Positions 57,171 through 64,000 of a stretch of DNA of 64,000 bases are shown here, piece by piece. The position numbers and the translations under genes are program-made. Where the stretch lies: positions 62,001 through 126,000 of IMG/VR virus record IMGVR_UViG_3300034012_003212; one strand, written 5' to 3'. Positions within the stretch are counted from its first letter, which is position 1. Each line of letters begins with the position of its first letter. The notes below the pieces were generated by a model. That model made no database searches, had not been told where the DNA came from, and saw nothing but the letters and a program-made list of their open reading frames with translations.

Positions 57171-58097
57171 ATCTGAAATGTTTGGTATAAAGAGTTCTTT
57201 AATTCCTCGCTGAAATCGAAGTGGTGCGACGACCCCGGCATCGCAGCTAGAACACTTATAGTAGAGATCAACCGAGTAAGATGAATTGATTCGTTCCACA
57301 AATGACTTAACGTACACGTAGATGTCAGGAGTCCAATCATCGAGCTTAGCCTCGAATGAATCAAAATCTTTCTTGCTTAGCTTCGTCCATGGCTTAACAA
57401 CAAAACACGCCATGAATTTATCCTGAGACTCTTCCTTTGAAAGAAACTTCCTGGCTTGTTGCATATTATAACAGCTAGGAAGGCAGAGCGAAACATTTTT
57501 GCCTGAAATAGTTCTCACTATCATTCGTTGTTCTTCGGAGTAGTGATTGAAGAAATCATTCAGTGCATCTTTCTTCATCGTTCCTATCCTCTCGGGCCGA
57601 ACATCAACTTGATCTTTGTTTCCGCATGATGTGCACGTACATTCTGCATTCATTATAGAAGGAAACTCGGTGAACGTCATACTTCGTATGATGAGAATAA
57701 GATACAATCTATCGATCTCGAGTAACGAATCTGTGTCAAACTCTGGATTTGTTTCCGATTGGACAAGAACAGCCTCGTTTATTATCATACGAAGCTTTGC
57801 ATCGACATCCATGCCGTCATTCTCATCTATTGATGAAAAGTGTCGTATGGCGCTAACTTTTAGTGGGAACACAACAATAACAAGATCTTCTGGATAAAAG
57901 AAACCCCGTGAACTCAAGTAGGATGGAGGCACAGCTTTTCCGCCATGCAGTTCTCGTATATCCTTTTTCTTCTCTTTTTGTGGTTCTATTATAGCATCTA
58001 AACTTCTATCAGCACCATCCTTTGATGTCTGGGCCTCATCATTTTCTATAATTTTTCTAAGGAAATCTTCGTTAGCTTGGGTAAATATGCCACTCAT
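57168..58097 (-). CDS. gp26: Baseplate hub / tail assembly chaperone, gp26-like
   Basis: LLEIDRLYLILIIRSMTF...CTCTSCG...YKCSSC (two CxxC pairs). Confidence 0.7.
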   Translation of the reverse strand: MSGIFTQANEDFLRKIIENDEAQTSKDGADRSLDAIIEPQKEKKKDIRELHGGKAVPPSYLSSRGFFYPEDLVIVVFPLKVSAIRHFSSIDENDGMDVDAKLRMIINEAVLVQSETNPEFDTDSLLEIDRLYLILIIRSMTFTEFPSIMNAECTCTSCGNKDQVDVRPERIGTMKKDALNDFFNHYSEEQRMIVRTISGKNVSLCLPSCYNMQQARKFLSKEESQDKFMACFVVKPWTKLSKKDFDSFEAKLDDWTPDIYVYVKSFVERINSSYSVDLYYKCSSCDAGVVAPLRFQRGIKELFIPNISD

Positions 58098-58130
58098 ATT
58101 GGCTGCCTATGGAAATAGTGAAACTTTCTG

Positions 58131-58169
58131 TATATATCAAAAAAATAGGGTCTACGTGTGTAGACCCTA
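58131..58169 (-). terminator. Terminator after the tube gene, abutting late promoter GATATATA
   Basis: Perfect 10-bp stem TAGGGTCTAC/GTAGACCCTA (58146-58169), T-tract, then GATATATA (58138-58131). Confidence 0.8.
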
Positions 58170-58197
58170 ATCATTTATCGCATTAACATCAGAATTT

Positions 58198-58803
58198 TTA
58201 CCTTGTGATGTTATCCCAGTAATCTGCCTTGAACTTGAATCCGGTTACCTTTGCAATCTCGGTTCCCTTTGTATAATCAAATCCTTCAAACACTCCACTA
58301 AGAGGAGTCGTCGGGAATATTTGCCTGAACACCATCTGTTTGATAACAACGCCCTTCTTGTTATACACAAGAACTGTCATCGAAGAAGGATCATCTGCGG
58401 TTCCCGCGTATTCACTCTTCAGACCAGTTTCGCCAGTAAGAGGGTTGTACATAAGATCGTTCCATGCCTTAAGGGCCTTGAAAACGTATGAGCTATTCTG
58501 ATTATCCAAGTTCAACTCAAACGAAAGTGTCAATTCAACACTAGTGTCAGTGGGTATCGTTCCCATGAAAGTCCTTGTGACACCTTTGTACTTCTGAGTC
58601 ACGGTTCCGGGCATTTTCTCTATTGCGCCAGTTCCTGAAATCTCAGTGAGGTTGTCTATAATAAGACCTGTGTTTTCCCAGGGTGTGCCAGTTCGAATGG
58701 CAGCAGGAGGCGTTATTCGCACCTCAAAAAGATTCTTATAGATAGGCTCGAAGGATTGCATCGAAGCCTGAGAAAGCCTAAAATGTGGAAGTCCTGTTGA
58801 CAT
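58198..58803 (-). CDS. gp19: Tail tube protein, gp19-like
   Basis: EPIYKNLFEVRITPP...QKYKGVTRTF...LSFELNL...KAWNDLMYNPLTG...FKADYW. Confidence 0.85.
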   Translation of the reverse strand: MSTGLPHFRLSQASMQSFEPIYKNLFEVRITPPAAIRTGTPWENTGLIIDNLTEISGTGAIEKMPGTVTQKYKGVTRTFMGTIPTDTSVELTLSFELNLDNQNSSYVFKALKAWNDLMYNPLTGETGLKSEYAGTADDPSSMTVLVYNKKGVVIKQMVFRQIFPTTPLSGVFEGFDYTKGTEIAKVTGFKFKADYWDNITR

Positions 58804-58821
58804 AATTCTGAATTATTTTTT

Positions 58822-61800
58822 TTATACTATTGTAAAACCGCCACTCGCGATACCGCCGGTTTTAAATACGGTTATCCTATTTATGATCTTCTGGAGTCCA
58901 CGCGCGGGCTCAATCTGAACATCTACTATTCCAATATTCTGATCGATAATTGCCTGTGTATTATTCGTCTCATCCATGATGACGCGATAATCATAAACTC
59001 CTCCTGCTGTCCTCACACCTTCAAGAAAACTAGCAACTTTGTTCTTTATTTCAAGTCGTGTTGCTTCATCGTTGAAGTCGAAGATGAAGTTCGTAAGGAT
59101 AGACTCGATCGACTGCTCTATCGTGATGAGAAGATCTCTCACATGGAGGTTATTGAACGCTGATATAGTCTTCTGGAACGTAGTCTGATTTGCATATATC
59201 AATGTTCCCTTTCCGCGCTTTGTGACGATAGGATTGAAACCGATAGGCTCAAGAACCTCTCTATCAGATAAGAACAGATCGGATTCAACACCAACGAGAT
59301 TAGGATCGCTTATAATACCCCTCTTCGTTCCTGCTACTATCGCATAAGGATAACCGGAGATGAATTTTTGCACAAAGTTGTTAGAAACGTGTGCAGAAGG
59401 CGGAACCAATATATTCTTGTTGTTCTCCCTAAGAACTATGTAAGGGAAGAACACTCCGCAGTACTTCGCGCCGTTGTCTTCATCAGGAAGACTGAACGTA
59501 AATGAAGGACCTAGAGACAGGTTACCACCGGCTGCGATATACTCCGTGTTAATAACAGGCCTCGGGATTCCAGCACCAGGATTCGGTTCATCCGTGAATC
59601 GAGGATCAGATGAATCAAAGAATTGCTTCAATGAAGGAGGATTCAAGAATGCAAGACATTTTCCGCGATTCTTCGCAAGTCTTGATAGTATATTCTTTGC
59701 CCCCAACTGAGGAGCAAGTCCTCCGTCGAATGTATCAATGATGTAACGGAAATCTATGATGTCAGAATCAGAAAGTGTCTCGAATATGTTAGTATTCTCG
59801 AGAACACCGAGGATCTTCTCAAGTTGAGAATTCTTGGTTCCAGACGAAGAAGGCAAATGGTATTCTGTCATCTTGAAACCTGACATGCTCATCAACTGAT
59901 AATTCGTAACAAGATTCTCTATTCCCTTGTAATGAATAACAGTCGGGTCAGTCGATTCATTTTGAATGTATGCAGGTTGCGAAATTGTCACCTGATACGT
60001 TATTATGCCGCTAACTGCATTAACTTTCTTTACTTTAGTCTTTATCTTCGACATGTGATATGACTCATCGCCGCTCTCGTCATACATTATACTAACGAGA
60101 TACTCACCAACGTTGAGACCAGCGCCGCTAGTTTCATCGAATGTAAGAACAGTGCGGCTAGTATCCCACGACTGTAACTCAACTCCAGTTTTGAGAGATT
60201 CTGCCGATATTGTCACGGTCATAGTGCCGCCACATTCTATGTTAGTATCTGCAACCTTCGAATTAAGGTTCTCATCAGAATACACATAAACGTAAAGAAC
60301 ATCCATACCATTGGCATCTTTACCGCGCTGGAACTTTAGGTATCCATCAGGATCCAGTGCACTGTTACATAGGAGTTCAGCAGAGTAGTATTCACCGTCC
60401 ACGATACTGATGTCCTCGTATGCTTTGTATATGTCAGAGTAGGGGTATGCAACATAAACGTCGTCCTCAGAATTATATCCATCAACATAAACCATGTCAA
60501 ATGCAGCCGGCTGATATGCAAAGGCTATGTTGTTATATCCGGCATTTTCATAAATTCTCGGGCAAACATATGAACCAAAGGTCACTGTGTAATTTGAAAC
60601 AACGCCAGCAGAAACCAGCTCTGCAAATTCAGAATTTACAACAATCGTAACACTCATAAGGTCAGTAGCACTGTTGTATGATGTGCTTGCTATTGTTGCA
60701 TAAAATTCAATTGTTCCGTTGGACACGAGTACCTTACGGCCTTCAGCGAGCCCTTTATCGGTTGTGAGATCCGTTGCAGAAGAAAACTTTATGATAGAAG
60801 AAGATGAACTTGCATCTATAGCATACGGCGTCCTTGTGCTTTCGTCCTCTTTCGCAGGGTGTGTATAAGAAACTTTAAGGTATGTGTTTCCGCCGATTAT
60901 AGATTCAGCAACACTACGAACAACACCCCAGCGGGCCAATTCATCGTTATCATTTGTGTTCAAAAGTATATTACTCTTTGCAACAACCAATGAATTCTTT
61001 ATCTCGTTGTACTGTTCAAGCGTGAAATCCGTGTCTGTGGACAGGGGCTTCTTTATCGAAAGGACGTTATCGAACCATCCATAAGCACCACCGACTTTAG
61101 AACTGTCGAGTGTGAAGAAGTCGTTAGACGTCGTGCAAGAATATGTCGAATAATCCGAAAAATCGGGCTGTTGATCAACTGCGTCACCTGGAGTGTTATT
61201 AGGAGATACGTTGAGCTCTGATACATCCACTTGGTTTGTGTTGATCTGCCTAGCGCCGAACGTGAAGTCTAAGCTTGTGTCCAGGTTGGCCTTATATGAC
61301 AAAAAGTCCATCTTGGTGCCCGAAAAATCGGGGGTTCCAAAACTGTGACCAACGAGGTCTATCTTGCTAGTCGAATCTACATAATTTCCCAACTGCTCAC
61401 GGTTTATTGCACAGAACAGTCCAGTCACACTTGTTCCATTATTTATGATGGTATCAAGAGACTGGTTTATATTGTTAGAATCGATGAAATCGGGGATGAT
61501 ACATCCTACGAATGAACCGATCTTTATAACCTCAGGCGATGCCAAAAAGTTATTTATTTGGTTCTTCTTTATACCCTTCTTATCAAAATATGTTGAATAT
61601 ACGGGATTTATTGCAAGCTCGGAATAATTGCTCCAATCACCTTGAACTATATCTACTTGCAAGAAATACTCAGAAATAGAATCCCATTCATATACGTAAT
61701 CGGGAACTTCCTGATTCAATTGAGAATAATATTCCTTTGCTGTTATATCATAACCCTTGATTCCAACAGCTTTACGCACAAATACCGATATAGGAGTCTG

Positions 61801-62304
61801 GCCTATATTTACAAAGCTAAGAAGCTTTCCTGTGTTCAGGGGGCTGTTGTTGGAAACAGAAATCAGGTTATCTTCAGACAACTTGAAAAATCTTTGTGTG
61901 TCATAGAAACTCTCGTAGAGGCTCTTTGTCTTTGTTCCATTTGCCTCTGTTGCCGACAGGGAGTATGACATGTAATCAACTGCATCGCCGCCGTCAGAAA
62001 TCGGCTTATTGTTCAAAGGAAGCAAATTAAGAGCATAAACAGGGCCTGTGCGAAGACAGGTGATCAAGGAGCGATGGAAAAATGATCCACGGCTCTCGAG
62101 AAATTTATCTGTATCGCCAAAAACCGTCTTCATTTCCTTCACATCACGAAGGAAAACTGGTGTGTTAAAGGGTCCCTTTCTTGAGAATCCAACAACCAAT
62201 CTGAGAGTGTTTGTGTTGACGACTATTCTCTCACTAGCGTCGAACTCGACGGTGTAGACTCCGCTAGCTTTAAACCTATTTAGATCAAGGGTTACATTTG
62301 CCAT
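58822..62304 (-). CDS. gp18: Tail sheath protein, gp18-like
   Basis: ASGVYTVEFD...VGFSRKGPFNTP...VPPSAHVSN...VAGTKRG...GFNPIV...LHVRDLLI...FDFNDEATR...CDETNN-like MDETNNT. Confidence 0.95.
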   Translation of the reverse strand: MANVTLDLNRFKASGVYTVEFDASERIVVNTNTLRLVVGFSRKGPFNTPVFLRDVKEMKTVFGDTDKFLESRGSFFHRSLITCLRTGPVYALNLLPLNNKPISDGGDAVDYMSYSLSATEANGTKTKSLYESFYDTQRFFKLSEDNLISVSNNSPLNTGKLLSFVNIGQTPISVFVRKAVGIKGYDITAKEYYSQLNQEVPDYVYEWDSISEYFLQVDIVQGDWSNYSELAINPVYSTYFDKKGIKKNQINNFLASPEVIKIGSFVGCIIPDFIDSNNINQSLDTIINNGTSVTGLFCAINREQLGNYVDSTSKIDLVGHSFGTPDFSGTKMDFLSYKANLDTSLDFTFGARQINTNQVDVSELNVSPNNTPGDAVDQQPDFSDYSTYSCTTSNDFFTLDSSKVGGAYGWFDNVLSIKKPLSTDTDFTLEQYNEIKNSLVVAKSNILLNTNDNDELARWGVVRSVAESIIGGNTYLKVSYTHPAKEDESTRTPYAIDASSSSSIIKFSSATDLTTDKGLAEGRKVLVSNGTIEFYATIASTSYNSATDLMSVTIVVNSEFAELVSAGVVSNYTVTFGSYVCPRIYENAGYNNIAFAYQPAAFDMVYVDGYNSEDDVYVAYPYSDIYKAYEDISIVDGEYYSAELLCNSALDPDGYLKFQRGKDANGMDVLYVYVYSDENLNSKVADTNIECGGTMTVTISAESLKTGVELQSWDTSRTVLTFDETSGAGLNVGEYLVSIMYDESGDESYHMSKIKTKVKKVNAVSGIITYQVTISQPAYIQNESTDPTVIHYKGIENLVTNYQLMSMSGFKMTEYHLPSSSGTKNSQLEKILGVLENTNIFETLSDSDIIDFRYIIDTFDGGLAPQLGAKNILSRLAKNRGKCLAFLNPPSLKQFFDSSDPRFTDEPNPGAGIPRPVINTEYIAAGGNLSLGPSFTFSLPDEDNGAKYCGVFFPYIVLRENNKNILVPPSAHVSNNFVQKFISGYPYAIVAGTKRGIISDPNLVGVESDLFLSDREVLEPIGFNPIVTKRGKGTLIYANQTTFQKTISAFNNLHVRDLLITIEQSIESILTNFIFDFNDEATRLEIKNKVASFLEGVRTAGGVYDYRVIMDETNNTQAIIDQNIGIVDVQIEPARGLQKIINRITVFKTGGIASGGFTIV

Positions 62305-62334
62305 TGTTTGAGATTATTTTCTTGCTTTGCTTTC

Positions 62335-62342
62335 TATATATC
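62335..62342 (-). promoter_or_regulatory. Putative late promoter GATATATA upstream of the sheath gene
   Basis: About 30 nt upstream of the ATG at 62304. Confidence 0.7.
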
Positions 62343-62356
62343 AAAAAAATCTAAAA

Positions 62357-64000
62357 TTACATAGGGTATGTCAGACCTTTTGGAATTTCCGGCTTAAAAT
62401 TTGTATCAAAGAGATTAAAATTTATATCCAGCATATCCCCGTCCTCATCTTTTGCATCAAGAGTCTGAAATATTTTGCTTTGCATCTTAGTTTTTACTGT
62501 TTCGTCTATATTATCATAGAGCTCTTCTACCTGGTACATTAGATCCTCTCCAGCTGGGTCGCCATCTATGTCAAAATCAACGAGATATGGGCACAAACAT
62601 ATGCATGTCATTGCTGCATCATCATGGTGATAAACATCTGCATTATAGGACGTTTCGGTCTTCTGGAAGTTTATGAGCTCTTCGCATGTAACACGTTCAT
62701 TGACTATAATCCTCTTTGACTGCTCGAGCCTTTTAAATGTCACACAGAATAGGTTTTTGTTGTCCTTTTTTATCCTAACGCCGGGTTTTTTCTTACGAGC
62801 ATCTTTTGTATGTTTTGTGTGAACAAAAACATCATCATGTATTTCATCCTGATTTTTTGCATCATTGAGTACCCTCGATATGAAATAATCTCCCTTGAAG
62901 TTTATCTCAACAATTGCTTTTGTGTTATCAACATTGGTGTAATTCTTCACAAGTTCAGAGAATATCCTTGCTGCATTCTCAATTGAACATTTATTATCCC
63001 TGAAAATTCCTATCTGTTTTAGGTAGAAAAAGTCACTATCCTGCGTGGGATTTGTTACGGAGTTCATCATGCTAATGTCCATGAGCTTGAGCTCAAATAT
63101 GTTCATCACGGTAGAATCCCTTCCATTTCCATCGGAAAGATCCACAGATATAACGAACTTCTTATCTGAAAAATCAAAATCAAAATCCGGGTCCCAAACT
63201 AGATTGTCATGGTTTATTCCAAGATCGTGGAGTTCTGGTATCTCTCTCCATTCATAATCTATGCAGCTCTTCTTCAATCTTTCTATCTGTTCCTCTGAGA
63301 GAAGCACGCTGCTTCCAACAAAGAAATTCAGACCATATTCACGGTCAAACTTATCCTGCCCTAGGTTGGCTATCTCATTTTTCTTCCAGTTCTCATCCCG
63401 GCCTTCAACCTCCCACCAATCCACACGGAGTGAACGATACTCGTTGGTCCCGTCGACTCCTCCAAAATATATGTCATGGAATAGATTCTTTCCATTAGGA
63501 GTTGATGTTAATATTATCTGAGCGACCTTTGATGATGAAAGCGTCGGATATATGGAGGTATAAAACTCTCCTGCGACGTTATCCGGAATGAACGCAAACT
63601 CATCAGCATACAATAAGTGCACGGTTTTTCCGCGGCCAGAACTCTTTGTTGTCGTCTCGGCATATATTTTACATCCATTATCAAAATAAAGGGTGTTTAC
63701 ATTATTTACCGTTATTCCGGGTTTTAGGAAGTATGGTACTTTATCATATACATCCTTTATCTTTTCCATGATCTCTTTTGCCGTGTTGCCCTTGTTTGCA
63801 AGAATCAACACATTGCGATCAATGTTAAAACATATGTACCAAACTATGTAGATCGACGATGTTACCGTCTTACCGACCTGTCGGCTTGCGAGCAGTGCAA
63901 CATATCGGTTCTTCTGGAATTCTGCAAGCATCCTTTTCTGGTATTCCCTTAGTTGCAGCTTTGCGATTCCAAAGTCCGTCATTGAATGTGCATGTCCATT
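62357..64000 (-). CDS. gp17: Terminase large subunit, gp17-like (5' part lies beyond the window)
   Basis: LQLREYQ, Walker A SRQVGKT, Walker B LLYADEFAF, TSTPNG, nuclease VDLSDG...HHDD; frame is open to position 64000. Confidence 0.95.
   Translation of the reverse strand, partial: NGHAHSMTDFGIAKLQLREYQKRMLAEFQKNRYVALLASRQVGKTVTSSIYIVWYICFNIDRNVLILANKGNTAKEIMEKIKDVYDKVPYFLKPGITVNNVNTLYFDNGCKIYAETTTKSSGRGKTVHLLYADEFAFIPDNVAGEFYTSIYPTLSSSKVAQIILTSTPNGKNLFHDIYFGGVDGTNEYRSLRVDWWEVEGRDENWKKNEIANLGQDKFDREYGLNFFVGSSVLLSEEQIERLKKSCIDYEWREIPELHDLGINHDNLVWDPDFDFDFSDKKFVISVDLSDGNGRDSTVMNIFELKLMDISMMNSVTNPTQDSDFFYLKQIGIFRDNKCSIENAARIFSELVKNYTNVDNTKAIVEINFKGDYFISRVLNDAKNQDEIHDDVFVHTKHTKDARKKKPGVRIKKDNKNLFCVTFKRLEQSKRIIVNERVTCEELINFQKTETSYNADVYHHDDAAMTCICLCPYLVDFDIDGDPAGEDLMYQVEELYDNIDETVKTKMQSKIFQTLDAKDEDGDMLDINFNLFDTNFKPEIPKGLTYPM

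Noticed and set aside
1-64000. Stop-codon reassignment (code 15 or 4)
   Set aside because: Conserved genes are full length under code 11, and TAG (54653) and TGA (e.g. 17087, 57168) end genes at tightly tiled boundaries.
62357-64000. Intein or intron in the terminase or other core genes
   Set aside because: Motifs are contiguous with T4 gp17-like spacing; no LAGLIDADG, HNH or GIY-YIG gene, or splice-junction motif, was seen.
1-64000. tRNA or rRNA genes
   Set aside because: Intergenic gaps are short, and none showed a cloverleaf, T-loop or rRNA signature by eye; tRNAscan was not run.

Overview
A 64 kb segment of a large T4-like (jumbo) myophage genome, almost all on the minus strand and very densely coded in the standard genetic code. 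It holds most virion morphogenesis genes: terminase gp17 (partial), sheath, tube, tail chaperones and a probable tape measure, an array of fibre/spike genes with a 1.5-kaa G-X-Q collagen-like fibre, prohead protease-scaffold fusion, major capsid, neck and baseplate genes. Accessory genes are interleaved: a bS1 ribosomal protein homolog, an amidoligase-like enzyme, an ECF sigma factor, RmlC and four glycosyltransferase-like genes. The most notable locus (17.1-20.7 kb) is a candidate cytosine-hypermodification operon: a dCMP hydroxymethylase-type enzyme, an apparent fusion of a T4 beta-glucosyltransferase-like N-terminal domain to an SGNH domain, a DUF6378 protein, an MBD4-like mismatch glycosylase and a DUF707 GT-A-like protein. 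Other signals: a recurring (G/A)ATATATA late-promoter motif, twice fused to a terminator; SD-less A-rich leaders; a probable +1/-2 frameshift in the tail chaperone; and many (I/L)xE head-protease sites. All family calls come from motif recognition by eye; no database searches were run.
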